Source: Bdellovibrionota bacterium (GTDB taxonomy: Bacteria > Bdellovibrionota_C > UBA2361 > JAAYZI01). Taken from it: a stretch of 64,000 nucleotides of DNA. Both the position numbers and the translations under genes were made by a program. The stretch is taken from the NCBI GenBank assembly GCA_050950765.1, contig JBMNIF010000001.1:416001-480000 (forward strand), written 5' to 3'. This document shows positions 9,195-25,022 of the stretch, piece by piece (within the stretch, counting starts at the first letter, position 1; each line of letters begins with the position of its first letter). The notes under the pieces are model-generated. The model did no database searches. It was not told the origin of the DNA and saw nothing but the letters and a program-made list of their open reading frames with translations.

Positions 9195-10002
9195 TATTGG
9201 TGCCACCCATCAGGGACAACAGAACGGGGTGCAACTGAAAAGCGGGATCGGCTAGGTCTGTACGAAGGTTAAAAAAATTGGTGCCACCCACCAGTAAAAA
9301 GTGGGTGTCCCAATTAGCATCTAATATTGTAAATAGGACATCCAAAATCTAAAATTATAACATCTAGTAATATCAAGACATTAGCAAAGCTTAGAATTTG
9401 GCAGTTCTGGTGCCACCCTTCAGCGTCGCAGACGTTCTGCACTGCAAATAGGACATCCAAAATCTAAAATCACAACATCTAATATTATCAATATGTTAGC
9501 AAAAATTAGTGTTCGGCAGTTTTGGTCCCACCCTTTAGGGACGGTTGAACCCACTAGGGACAGCCGAACGGGGTGCAACTAAAAAACAAATTGGCTAGGT
9601 CTCTACGGAGGTAAAAAGTGGGTGTCCTAATTGGCTTGGACGGCTAGATGCTGGTGCCACCCACCAGTGGCGGTACCCTTCGGTGACAATTGGACGGGCT
9701 GAAACTAAAAAGCAAGTCAGCTAGATTTCCACGGGGGTTAAAAATTTGGTGCCACCCTTCAGGGACGACAGAACGGGCTCAAACAGAAGAGTGGATCGGC
9801 TAGGTCTGTACGGAGGTTAAAAATTGGTGCCACCCACCAGTGGCGGTACCCTTCGGTGACAATTGGACGGGCTGATACCAAAAAATGAGTCAGCTAGATT
9901 TCTACGGGGGTAAAAGGTGGGTGTCCTATTTACGAGATGACGATTGAGCGGGTTGCAACTGCAGAGCAAGTCAGCTTGCGGGGGTAAAAAGTGGGTGTCC
10001 TT
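9195..10002. repeat. Mosaic REP-like array 1 (GGGTGGCACC on minus strand, GGGTGTCC mostly on plus strand)
   Basis: About 6-7 GGTGCCACCC and about 4 GTGGGTGTCC plus 2 GGACATCC, joined by recurring 60-90 bp modules shared with arrays 2 and 3. Confidence 0.85.
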
Positions 10003-10166
10003 TTTATATTCTCCTAGTAAGGTATAAAAATCAAAGTGTTATAGTGGCGGCAGGGGTATTTCAAAACTCAAATGGGTTGCATGGAGCAGCTATTACGGTT
10101 ATAAACACGGCTGCTAGGCGGGGTCTTAAAATTTGTTTTTTATCTGTTTTTTTAGGAGGTAGATTC

Positions 10167-11102
10167 TTGATTACTGCTAAAGGTCTTACCAGAAAGTACG
10201 GTGAGTTTACTGCTGTTAATGATGTCTCTTTTACTATTCCGAACGGTCAAGTTGTTGGTTTGTTAGGGCATAATGGTGCTGGAAAAACCACTATTATGAA
10301 GATGTTGACAGGTTTTATTGAGCCGACTTCAGGAACTGCTACGATTGATGGATTGGATGTTGTAGTGGATCGTTTGGCTGTGCAGGAAAAAGTTGGCTAT
10401 CTTCCAGAAGTCTCTCCGTTATATCCAGAGCTGACTGTCGCTGAGTATTTGGAGTATGTGGCAGCCTTGCGTGGGATCCCTTCTCAGGAAGTTGTAGGGT
10501 TGATAAAAGAGGCTGTCGAACGAACCTCTCTCGCAACGAAACTTACTGCGCAGATTTCAACTCTTTCAAAAGGGTATAAGCAACGTTTGGGCGTAGCACA
10601 AGCTATTATGCATAATCCGGATATTCTGGTGCTTGATGAACCGACCAGCGGACTAGATCCTTCGCAAATAAATGAAATGCGTTCTTTGTTACGTTCCCTA
10701 AGTAGTACCAGTACTGTCATTATCTCTACGCATATTTTGCAAGAAGTAGAGGCGATGTGCGACCGCGTAATCATCATTTATAACGGCGAAGTGGCGGCAG
10801 ATGCTAATCTTGAAGAGCTAAGATCAATGAATTGCGTTATCGCAGAAATTGACAAAAATAATGATGAGGTTCAACGAGTTTATCGTAGTGTGGAAGGGGT
10901 ACTTGATGTGCGCTTCCTTGATTGGACAGATGGGCGGCATCGTTATGAGATAAAGACTCGTGATAATCCCCTCTCTATTATTCCACGCTTGTCGTATACA
11001 GCAATTTCTAGCGGCTGGCAGCTTTTTCAGATCGGACAGGAACGTAGAACATTGGAAGCTGTTTTCCGTGAAATAAATATCTCTGCTGAAGAAACACGAT
11101 AG
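10167..11102 (+). CDS. ABC transporter ATP-binding protein, GldA-like
   Basis: Walker [18 protein letters not shown] signature, LDEPT; start moved to TTG at 10167 behind AGGAGG. Confidence 0.9.
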   Translation: MITAKGLTRKYGEFTAVNDVSFTIPNGQVVGLLGHNGAGKTTIMKMLTGFIEPTSGTATIDGLDVVVDRLAVQEKVGYLPEVSPLYPELTVAEYLEYVAALRGIPSQEVVGLIKEAVERTSLATKLTAQISTLSKGYKQRLGVAQAIMHNPDILVLDEPTSGLDPSQINEMRSLLRSLSSTSTVIISTHILQEVEAMCDRVIIIYNGEVAADANLEELRSMNCVIAEIDKNNDEVQRVYRSVEGVLDVRFLDWTDGRHRYEIKTRDNPLSIIPRLSYTAISSGWQLFQIGQERRTLEAVFREINISAEETR

Positions 11103-11166
11103 TGCGTTCATTGAAGATACTTAAGAGTTTATTGAAGTAACAAACCAATATCAATTTGAGGTTTTT

Positions 11167-14076
11167 ATGTGTGATAAAATTAACGCAGTAGCAAAAAAAG
11201 AGTTGGGGATTTATTTTACATCCCCCGTTGCTCTGATCTTTTTAGGGGTCTTTCTACTTATCTCCATGTTTACCTTCTTCTGGGTCGAAGGATTTTTTGC
11301 CAGAAACGTTGTCGACATTCGACCTCTCTTTGATTGGATGCCGCTACTATTAATCTTTCTAGTCTCGGCTTTAACTATGCGTAGCTGGAGCGAAGAACGT
11401 CGTTCGGGAACGATAGAGCTACTTTTAACAACACCCGTTAAACCGCTACACCTTGTTTTGGGGAAGTTTGTGGCATGCCTTACATTGGTTTGTATTGCAT
11501 TGGCTTTAACGGTTGTTATCCCTATCGCCGTTTCGAATATGGGTAATCTTGATTGGGGCCCCGTTATCGGAGGGTATATTGCGGCAGTGCTACTTGCTTC
11601 CGCTTATATTTCAATCGGTCTTTTCGTCAGCTCTAGGACTGATAACCAAGTTGTTAGTTTAATTATTTCGATAGCGATCTGTTATGGTCTATATCTTTTC
11701 GGATCAGCTACGATTGCACCCCTTTTAGGGAATCGTCTCTCTGAGGTCTTTAGATTAATTGGTAGCGGTTCTCGTTTTGATTCAGTCGGACGTGGAGTGA
11801 TCGATTTTAGAGATCTCTATTATTATCTTAGTCTGGTTGCTGTGTTTTTGACTTTAAATGTTCTCTCACTCGAGACAGGAAGATGGACGAAAAATGCTAA
11901 AACTTCTCGTCATTTTGAGGTTAAACTTTTTGCCTGTTTGTTAATTTTAAATTTCATAACGGCGAACTTTTGGCTAAACAGTGTGACGTGGGCACGCATA
12001 GATCTGACTGATGGTAATATTTATACGATATCACCTGCAACGGAGTCAGTTTTGAAACAGGTTCGAGAACCTCTCCTTATTCGTGGATATTTTAGTGAAA
12101 AAACACACCCCTTACTCGCTCCATTAGTTCCGCAGATTCGAGATATGTTGAAAGAATATCAGATTGCGGGTAAAGGCAAGGTACGATCTGAGTTTATAGA
12201 TCCGCGCGATAATCCAGATTTAGAAGGGGAAGCCTCTGAAAAATACGCCATCAAGCCTGTTCCATTTCGCATTGATGGCAAAAATGAGACCTCGTTGGTT
12301 AATACATATTTTCACGTCCTTATAAAATATGGAGATAAAAATGAAGTTCTTTCATTTGGAGACCTGATAGAGGTTAAGCCTGGTTCTCGTGGTGAAGATC
12401 TCGATGTTAAACTAAAAAATCTTGAATACGATCTCACGCGCAGTATTAAAAAGGTGCTTTATGGTTTTCAAGGAACAGACGCTTTGTTTGCAGCGATGAA
12501 TCACCCTGTTGAGTTCGTCGGTTATATTTCAAACAAGAATATTTTACCCGAAAAATTAGCAAAGTTCAGTGATGAGATCCGTACGATAGCCGACGAATTT
12601 AAAAATCAATCAGATGGAAAATTCAATGTTTCATTTGTTGAGCCTGAAGCAGATAACGGAAAAGTTGCTAGAGAGATTAATGAGATCTATCAGTTTAAGC
12701 CGATGATATCGAGCCTCTTTGATCCGCAACCGTATTACTTTTATATGGTTGTACGTGATGCCGATAAGGCGGTGCAAGTGCCGCTTCCTGGTGACTTATC
12801 GCCTGAGATGGCTAAAAAAACGATTGAAGCAGCTTTAAAACGTTTCGGTAAGGGGTTTTTAAAGACAATAGGCATTTATACACCGCCGCTACCTGCACCG
12901 CAGCAAAATCCGTATCTGCACCGTTTTATGCAGTCTCAAGGCAGACATTTTTCAGCGCTTTCTGCAAAGCTTTCTCAGAACTACTCCTTGGAAAGCTTAG
13001 ATCTGAAGAAAGGGATAGTTCCGGAAAATGTGGATATTATGTTGTTAGTTGCACCGGAACAATTCAATGAAAAAGAGCTTTTTGCGCTTGATCAATTTTT
13101 GATGCGTGGCGGAACTGTTATATTGGCTACTTCGCCGTATGTGGTTGATGCGCCATCAGAGATGAATCCGAGCAGTGGCTTCACCGTTAAAGATAAGGTC
13201 AGTGGTCTCGAAGCGTGGTTGGAAAATTATGGCATCTCCATTCCTAAAAAATTTGTTTTAGATCCGCAGTGTGATCGTTTTATCGTTGCGGTGCAAAATC
13301 AAAATCAGAGGATTAGGGGTGTAAATTATGAATTAAAAGAGTATCCGTATTTCGTTTCCGTGCGTGGTGCAGGACTGAATGAAGATAGCCAGATACTTGG
13401 TGGCTTGTCACAAATTTCAATGGGGTGGTCTTCTCCTATTGTTGTGGATAGCGTTAAGAATGCAGATAGAAAGACAACAAATATCTTAATGTCGAGTCCA
13501 GAATCTTGGCTCTCTTCTTCTAAAAATATTATGCCTGATTATGATATTTCGCCCCGTTTCGGAGTTGTTCCCGAAGGACTTAGAGGAAAATATGTTTTAG
13601 GAGTTGCTGTTAAGGGTGTCTTTGATTCTTATTTTAAGGATAAAGAATCTCCACTTGTTGTTAAAGAGCAAAAGAGTGATGCAGAAGGTGAAGAGTCGAA
13701 AGAAGTTGATGATCAGGTTTTTAGTGGTCAGATCGATCGTTCGGCAGAGTCAGCGCAGATTGTGGTGTACTCTTCTGCTGAATTCTTAACGGATGAGACG
13801 TTACAGATCTTTGCTTCTATCAATAGCAATGCCTACATCAATGCACTGCAGTTAGTTGAGAACACTGTGGACTGGGCTCTGGAAGATCCAGTTTTATTGA
13901 GCATTCGTGCACGTGAAAGGTTTGCTCGTACACTTTTGCCGATGTCTAATACAACCAAGATGTTTTGGGAGTTTGTTTTCTGTTACGGCGGTTCTTTAGT
14001 AGGTCTTTTAATTGTGTTCTTGTTGTACAAATGGCGTCGATCTTTACGTGCTTCAAAATGGGCGCGCTATGCTTGA
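11167..14076 (+). CDS. GldF-GldG fusion (ABC-2 permease plus Gldg auxiliary domain)
   Basis: TM region with TMRSWSEERRSGTIELLLT; RIDLT..NIYTIS; LEYDLTRSI; LDQFLMRGG; C-terminal TM. Confidence 0.88.
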   Translation: MCDKINAVAKKELGIYFTSPVALIFLGVFLLISMFTFFWVEGFFARNVVDIRPLFDWMPLLLIFLVSALTMRSWSEERRSGTIELLLTTPVKPLHLVLGKFVACLTLVCIALALTVVIPIAVSNMGNLDWGPVIGGYIAAVLLASAYISIGLFVSSRTDNQVVSLIISIAICYGLYLFGSATIAPLLGNRLSEVFRLIGSGSRFDSVGRGVIDFRDLYYYLSLVAVFLTLNVLSLETGRWTKNAKTSRHFEVKLFACLLILNFITANFWLNSVTWARIDLTDGNIYTISPATESVLKQVREPLLIRGYFSEKTHPLLAPLVPQIRDMLKEYQIAGKGKVRSEFIDPRDNPDLEGEASEKYAIKPVPFRIDGKNETSLVNTYFHVLIKYGDKNEVLSFGDLIEVKPGSRGEDLDVKLKNLEYDLTRSIKKVLYGFQGTDALFAAMNHPVEFVGYISNKNILPEKLAKFSDEIRTIADEFKNQSDGKFNVSFVEPEADNGKVAREINEIYQFKPMISSLFDPQPYYFYMVVRDADKAVQVPLPGDLSPEMAKKTIEAALKRFGKGFLKTIGIYTPPLPAPQQNPYLHRFMQSQGRHFSALSAKLSQNYSLESLDLKKGIVPENVDIMLLVAPEQFNEKELFALDQFLMRGGTVILATSPYVVDAPSEMNPSSGFTVKDKVSGLEAWLENYGISIPKKFVLDPQCDRFIVAVQNQNQRIRGVNYELKEYPYFVSVRGAGLNEDSQILGGLSQISMGWSSPIVVDSVKNADRKTTNILMSSPESWLSSSKNIMPDYDISPRFGVVPEGLRGKYVLGVAVKGVFDSYFKDKESPLVVKEQKSDAEGEESKEVDDQVFSGQIDRSAESAQIVVYSSAEFLTDETLQIFASINSNAYINALQLVENTVDWALEDPVLLSIRARERFARTLLPMSNTTKMFWEFVFCYGGSLVGLLIVFLLYKWRRSLRASKWARYA

Positions 14077-14141
14077 GAAAGGTGACACACAAAAAAGCAT
14101 GGTGAATGTCAATTAAAGATATTTATAGCAGGAGATAAGTT

Positions 14142-15209
14142 ATGTCACGGAATGTAGTTTTGGCGATTCTTTTAGTTGCTCAATTAGCTTTAGTTACCCT
14201 TATTTGTTGTCGTTCCGGAGATAAGATGTCCGCTTTTGTTTCGGATGAAAAGCTGATGAATTTTGAAGTATCTGCGATTGATGAAATAGATATCAAGGTA
14301 CCTGATCAGGAGTTGCTTACGTTTAAAAAAACAGCCGGAGCTTGGGAGATCGCTACAGGTGATGGGTTCCCTGTTGCTCAAAAAAAAGTTGAACACCTTT
14401 TAAAACAACTTTCAGACTTAACGAAAGGTTGGCCTGTTGGTGTTACTGAAGTAGCGGCGAAAGAGTTTAAAACAGATGCCGTTGGTTTTGCTAAAAAATT
14501 AACATTAAAATCAGACGGTGCAATTAAGTCGGAATTGTATTTAGGAACCTCTCCAGCGCTACGGGCAGTTCATGCACGAGTTGATGGAGACGATAACACA
14601 TATTCTATACCACTTAATGCTTATGAGCTTTCAGAAAAAAATGAAGATTGGCAAGATCGTGAGGTACTGCGTGTTGAAAAAGAGAAGATAAAAACGATCT
14701 CACTAAATGGCTTTTCACTTAAAAAAGATGAAAAAGCTGAAGGAGGTTTTGTTTTAAGCGATCTGACAACTCTTGAAAAAATGAAAAAAAGTGCAGTGGT
14801 GTCGCTTCTTGATAAGATAACAGGGCTCCGTTTTTTTAAGGTTCTTGGAAAAGAAAATAAAGCTGAATACAAACAGGACACACCGATCTTTACTTTTTCT
14901 GTCACTACACTTGATGATAAAAAGATAGATTATATCGTTTCTCCTTCTATTGATGACAAGTTGTATATCATAAAAAGTTCTGCGGTGCCTTTTTATTTTG
15001 CTTCAGCAGTACCACCATTGGATGCTCTTAAAAATTTAAAACGTGCTGATTTACTGGATGTAAAAAAACCTGAAGAAGCTCTTCCAACACCTACGTCGAC
15101 GATCGCTCCAGTGCCGACAGAGGTTGTGACATCGCAGGAAGTTGAGGTGGCTGATACTTCGACGGAGAGTCCGTCAGCATCGGCAACAGCAGAAGAGGTG
15201 GCGAGATAA
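14142..15209 (+). CDS. DUF4340-type periplasmic partner of the Gld-like ABC system
   Basis: N-terminal TM, duplicated beta-rich domain with WQDREVL, usual position after gldG. Confidence 0.75.
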   Translation: MSRNVVLAILLVAQLALVTLICCRSGDKMSAFVSDEKLMNFEVSAIDEIDIKVPDQELLTFKKTAGAWEIATGDGFPVAQKKVEHLLKQLSDLTKGWPVGVTEVAAKEFKTDAVGFAKKLTLKSDGAIKSELYLGTSPALRAVHARVDGDDNTYSIPLNAYELSEKNEDWQDREVLRVEKEKIKTISLNGFSLKKDEKAEGGFVLSDLTTLEKMKKSAVVSLLDKITGLRFFKVLGKENKAEYKQDTPIFTFSVTTLDDKKIDYIVSPSIDDKLYIIKSSAVPFYFASAVPPLDALKNLKRADLLDVKKPEEALPTPTSTIAPVPTEVVTSQEVEVADTSTESPSASATAEEVAR

Positions 15210-15432
15210 AGTTTAATGCAGATCTAGAATTTTTATCGCTTAAGATCTGTGTGACTTTTTTATAAAAAGAAAGTTTTTGTCACCTCTAAATTTGTTCAAT
15301 GGAACGGTAGAGGTTTACCCATTATTTTAGATAAGACAAAGCAGCTTGAGCAAATTGCATTGTATCTTTCGTGTTAAGAAGTAGCCGTGATATAAAATCT
15401 GGTGCTGGCTTTCTTTATTGTGAGATAGAGGT

Positions 15433-16572
15433 ATGAAATATTGCAAAAGATGCTTACAGCCTGATACGCGACCCAAAGTGCTTTTTGATGAAAATCAGAT
15501 CTGTTACGCCTGTAAATTTGAAGATGAAAAAAAGAAAATTGATTGGAAGGCACGTGAAGAATCTTTAAGATCTATTGCGGTAGAAGCGCAGGAAAAAGCA
15601 AAAAAAGAAGGTGCCCCGTATGACTGCGTGATCGGAGTTTCGGGGGGGAAAGATTCAACTTTTCAGGCGTTGTATGCTAAAGAAAAATTAGCTTTAAGAC
15701 CGCTATTGGTAAATTTTGTGCCAAATAGAAGGACAGAACTCGGTAGAAAAAACTTACAAAATCTTTGTGCTAAAGGCTTTGATATGATTTCGCTTGTAGC
15801 AGATCCTATTATTGCACAGAAGCTTGCTAGAAGATCTTTCTATGAAAAGGGTAACGCCGCAAATGCTTCTGAATATGCGTTATGGGCGAGTGCTTGGATT
15901 ATTGCGGATAAATTTAACATTCCGTTGATTATACAAGGTGAAAATGCTGCCTTAACATTAGGAGTTGCTCAAGGAAGTGTCTGCGATGGTGATGCTTTTG
16001 GAGTGGTGACGTTAGATACTTTACAAGGGTGTTCTGCTAAAGATCTAGTGAACGCTGAGATTACTTTAAGAGATCTATATTTTTATGATTTCCCTGATTT
16101 AAAAAAAATGATTGAAAAGGGGATTAAAGCTATTTGGTTGCAATATTATGTAAAGGAGTGGTCTCAGGTTTTTAACGCTGACTTTGCTGTGGCTAGAGGG
16201 TTGCAAGGGCGGCAGGATGATCTGCATGATATCGGACGCTATCGACGTTACACAGCATTAGATTCTGATCGTGTGATCGTTAATCAGATGTTGAAATATC
16301 TTAAATTCGGGTTTGGCTTTGCTACTGATGAAGCGTGTTATGATATTAGAGAAGGTCGCTTAAGTAGGGAGGATGCTATCCTGCTGGTTAAAGAGTATGA
16401 TGGTAAGTGTTCTCAAAAGTATATTGATATCTTTTGTGATTCACTAGGGATCACTGAATCGGAGTTTTGGAGAGTTGTCGACACCTTTGTTAATAAAAAG
16501 CTATTTAAAAAAGATAAGAACGGTAAGTGGCAGCCAAAATTTGAAGTTGGCGTTGACTTTGTGGAAGATTAA
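15433..16572 (+). CDS. N-acetyl sugar amidotransferase (WbuX/PseA-like)
   Basis: YCKRCLQPDTRP...CYAC Zn motif, PP-loop YDCVIGVSGGKDS, YLKFGFG, DIREGRLSREDA. Confidence 0.88.
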   Translation: MKYCKRCLQPDTRPKVLFDENQICYACKFEDEKKKIDWKAREESLRSIAVEAQEKAKKEGAPYDCVIGVSGGKDSTFQALYAKEKLALRPLLVNFVPNRRTELGRKNLQNLCAKGFDMISLVADPIIAQKLARRSFYEKGNAANASEYALWASAWIIADKFNIPLIIQGENAALTLGVAQGSVCDGDAFGVVTLDTLQGCSAKDLVNAEITLRDLYFYDFPDLKKMIEKGIKAIWLQYYVKEWSQVFNADFAVARGLQGRQDDLHDIGRYRRYTALDSDRVIVNQMLKYLKFGFGFATDEACYDIREGRLSREDAILLVKEYDGKCSQKYIDIFCDSLGITESEFWRVVDTFVNKKLFKKDKNGKWQPKFEVGVDFVED

Positions 16573-16801
16573 CCATTCATTGATTGGGCATTTGTAAATC
16601 AACTTTTTGCGTGAATTAAGGGTGTCGAAACGTTTTATTGGATGAAAATAAAACGGAAAATAAATATTATCATTCTCCAGCGTTCACTCGGTTTCTCTTT
16701 AAATTGGACATCATATCGGTTTTATTGGTAATATTAGGGGATCATTGGGGTAAGATTTTTTTAAAAAAGTATAAAAAAACACAAAAAGTTAGAAATACCA
16801 C

Positions 16802-16829
16802 TGGACATTTAAGTCTAGATGTATATTAT
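16802..16829 (+). promoter_or_regulatory. Putative rrn promoter
   Basis: TGGACA-N16-TATTAT preceded by A-tracts (UP element-like), ~340 bp before 16S. Confidence 0.6.
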
Positions 16830-17162
16830 ACACCAACCTTAATTGAGACGAGCTTAAGGAGCTTATTAGAGGGAGTTTAGGAACCTGAGGGCGTAAGCCT
16901 TGAGGGTTTTTGCGCTCTGCGACTGGTTTTTTGAGTAGTTTTGAGTTAGGGTTTTAAGACAATACGGATATGGGTAGAAGCTGTAATGATTACTGTTTAG
17001 GAAAAACGGTAGTGTACAATGAGTAGATCAAAGAGATTTCTTTGAGTAGCGCTTTGTGGGTAAAGCTAGTTGGTATGAAAGTACTAACTGATAAGAGCGA
17101 CGAATTGAATTTAGGGTTAAGAGTTTACGAATTGGTGTACGACCAAGAGTAGCAGATTTTTA

Positions 17163-18685
<1,523 letters not shown>

Positions 18686-19373
18686 TAAGGAGAGATGCGA
18701 AGATGTATTGACGAGAGTCGATGTATTTTTGCACGCCCTAAGATATGCAAGAGGTTCAATTTGTGAATGACGATGGAGTCAATTTACTCTGAAGTGTGAA
18801 TGAAGAGATCTCTTTGATCACCTGCTACGCGAGTTGGCACGAGAGTTTTTGTTTAGATGGTGAGAGTTACAGTTTCTATCGATATCCGTTAGGGGGTATA
18901 ACAATTAGGTAAGAGTAGAAGTGGTGATACTGCGTGTTGACCTTGTGGGAGTCGATGAGTCGGCTTTAGCGAGAGTTAACAACGAGGGCGAAAACACTAT
19001 CAAGGTATTTTTTCGACCTGATTCGGAATTTTTTCGAATAGTGCTTTAAGAAAAAAGTGCTTTAGGAAAAGTACATGATTTGGAGCTGTAAAAAGTTTTT
19101 CCAAGTCGGTATTTTTTCGACGGGTGCATAAGGAAAAAAGTACATAAGGAAAAAAATATCTGATAGAGTTTTTAAGAAATGTAAAAAAGTTAAATGTAAA
19201 CTAAATAATTGAAAGCCTGTTTATATGTTTTTTTAGAACGTATGAACGGAGAAAGATTTCATTGAACCAATAGTAGAGTTTTTGCCGTTAATTATTTAGC
19301 GGTGAAGATTATGAATTTTCTCGAGCGCGACGAGTTCAGAGTAATCTGGAATCGGAGCTCATAAGATATCTTA

Positions 19374-22492
<3,119 letters not shown>

Positions 22493-22956
22493 TTTTTCTT
22501 TTCTTTTTTTAATTTAATTTAAAGAGGGAAGAATGAGTAAGATAATATAATGAGCGAAGATTGGTATTATGACTGATGATACCGTGCTGTGTTAATGTTT
22601 CACCTTTTAGAGGTTGGAACGAGAGTAGCAAACGCAGTCACGTTATCAGCAGACATGTACTGCTAATCGCGTTCGAGAAAGTTTATAATGTAATGATGCT
22701 ATTGGTAATGTTATTACGAGATAGTTTATGAAAGATAGTTTATGAAATATTTTATAGGATAATTTATTTATAAGATAATTATAAGGTACGTTTCTTAAGA
22801 GAGAGTTTTTGTTTTTGTTAGCAGTATCACAACTTTTACCTTGTTGTTTATTATTAGGTTATTTAAGGGGCTAGTTAGTTAGAGGCTAATTAAGCTAGGT
22901 AGAAAGTCACTGCGAAAGTAAGTGCACAAACTAGATACATAGAGGTGTATTTACTT

Positions 22957-22992
22957 TCTTGGTGACTATAGTGGAGAGGCGTTCCCATCCCG
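22957..22992 (+). pseudogene. Truncated 5S rRNA 5' fragment within a duplicated leader
   Basis: TCTTGGTGACTATAGTGGAGAGG-CGTTCCCATCCCG equals the 5S 5' end with TTCCACC deleted; upstream AGAAAGTCACTGCGAAAGTAAGTGCACA is also duplicated. Confidence 0.8.
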
Positions 22993-23140
22993 CAGGTTGT
23001 CTGCTATGTCAACTTGGCAGAGCCAAGATTGACATGACGCGTAGGTGTTCGGGATGAGGTTTTGGTAGTTGGCAGGTTAGTTAAGAAAGTCACTGCGAAA
23101 GTAAGTGCACAGGATTTAATATGTAGGTGTGTGTTTACTT

Positions 23141-23251
23141 TCTTGGTGACTATAGTGGAGAGGTTCCACCCGTTCCCATCCCGAACACGGTCGTTAAGCT
23201 CTCCTACGCCGATGATACTGGAACTACCGGGAAAGTAGGAAATTGCCAAGA
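23141..23251 (+). rRNA. rrf: 5S rRNA
   Basis: CCCATCCCGAACAC, GTTAAGCT, GCCGATGATACT; terminal helix TCTTGGTGA/TTGCCAAGA. Confidence 0.95.
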
Positions 23252-23256
23252 TTTAT

Positions 23257-23293
23257 GGGTTTCTAAGCAGAGATGTTTAGAAACCCTTTTTTT
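23257..23293 (+). terminator. Rho-independent terminator of the rrn operon
   Basis: GGGTTTCTAAGCA-GAGA-TGTTTAGAAACCC followed by a T tract. Confidence 0.9.
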
Positions 23294-23401
23294 ATCTCCG
23301 TTCTTCAGGAGCCTTATCATTAGGAGGCTGTGCTTTAAAAATATAAAAATATTGGTGTATTATATATTACGTATTGCGTAATACGTTAGGAGATATATAT
23401 C

Positions 23402-24838
23402 ATGACATATCCAGATTGGGTTTTGAAAGAAAAAAAGAAAGGCACTGAAGTAGTTCACAGGAACGGCAAATATTATTTGTATAAAATAAGTTCTGTGTGG
23501 AATAAGGAAAAGGGGCGTGCTCAGAAGGTTACCTTAGAATACCTTGGCAGGATAACTGAAGATAAGGGTCTTATTCCCCCTAAACGTAGGGGTTCTTACA
23601 AAGATGGAGAAGTTTCTGCAAAGGAGTATGGAGCTAGCAAAACACTTTGTGAGTTAGGAAAAGACATATTAAATCGCTTAGAAGATAGGTTTCCGAATGA
23701 TTATCAAAAGATTTTTTCTATTGCTGCTTTAAGAGTAATTGAGCGTTGTCCGTTTAAGGGGATTGATTTTTTGTATGAGAAATCTTTTTTATCTGAACGC
23801 TTCGGAAAGCTTGCTCTATCTTCCTCTAGCATATCAAGGTTTTTAAGGGAGCTAGGTAGCCAGAGACCAAAGTTAGTTGGTTTTATGAAAGAGTATGTTT
23901 GCGATGTTGATTATCTTTTTTTTGATTTAACAAATATAATAAGCAAATCGGAAAATGTTGAAATAAATAGAGTTGGCTATAACAGTCATCATGATTTTGA
24001 TCCTCAAATTGGCTTAATGTATGCTTTTTCAGCGGATGACAGTTCTCCCACTTATTACAGGGTTATCCCTGGGAATATAAGAGATGTGAGGGCATTTAAG
24101 GGGAGTATAGAAGAGGCTGGTATAAAGGATGCTGTAATAGTTGCAGATAAAGGGTTTGGCTCACAAGAGAATTTTAAGTTATTAAAAGAAGCTAATTTAA
24201 AATATATTGTTCCATTAAGGCGCAATAATTCAAACATAAACAGAGAGATTTTAAGATGTGGAGACAAGTCTAAGTTTGAAAATTTTTTCTTTCATAATGC
24301 TCGTCCTATATGGCCTTACTCATATAAAATAAACGAAGATCGTCTTATTGTTTGTCTTGATGAATCGCTTAAGGCTAGAGAAGAGGCTGATTATCTGCGT
24401 AGAGTTCAAGAGAATATAGAAGGCTACACAAAAGAAGGTTTTATCGATAAACAATACCAATTCGGAACGATTACTTTTCAAACAAATCTCGATTTACCAT
24501 GCGACAAGGTATTTTGTTTATATAAGGCAAGAAATGAAATAGAGATGACATTCGATTTTTTAAAAAACCTATTAGAGCAAGATCGTGTATACTTGCAAGA
24601 TAAATATGCGATTGAAGCTTGGGCGTTCATAAACCATATTTCACTTATGCTTGTTTATTTGATATATCATAAACTTAAAGAAAGTGAACTTATTTCTAAA
24701 TATTCCATTCAAGAATTTATTACACATCTTAAATATATAAGTTATTTAAAAATCGGAGACTCGTGGGTAGTAAGTGAGATTTCAGGTAAAACACAAAAAA
24801 TTTTAGAAAAATTAAAAATTCATATTACGCAAACGTGA
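23402..24838 (+). mobile_element. IS1634/IS4-like DDE transposase; element ends not resolved
   Basis: FFDLT, VGYNSHHDFDPQI, PGNIRDV, IVADKGF, YKARNEIEMTFDFLK (YREK-like) motifs; AT-richer than neighbours. Confidence 0.85.
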
Positions 24839-25022
24839 AGAGTTAGGGATTGAGGATGCTGGTGCCACCCATCTTGTGGTGGTAGGGGGAATCTGGCAAA
24901 AGGGTGAATCTTGAGTGTTCTATAAAAGTTCGGAAGTTGGACGATCTTTTTATTTGCTAAAAGTAACTGCTACGCCTATCCTTTCCTTTCTCTCACCTGT
25001 AACGCTTACTTGAGTTTTGTTT

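Noticed and set aside
3454..9200. Integron with attC sites
   Set aside because: No tyrosine-recombinase integrase and no RYYYAAC/GTTRRRY-bounded attC structures recognised.
16638..16880. 80-aa ORF before the rrn operon
   Set aside because: It overlaps the A-tract and rrn promoter region and starts with TTG; likely spurious.
18686..19373. tRNA genes in the 16S-23S spacer
   Set aside because: No cloverleaf or T-loop GTTCRA context found; only processing-stem complements and short A-rich repeats.
23294..24850. Terminal inverted repeats and target-site duplication of the IS1634-like element
   Set aside because: Only weak partial matches; ends cannot be defined from one copy.
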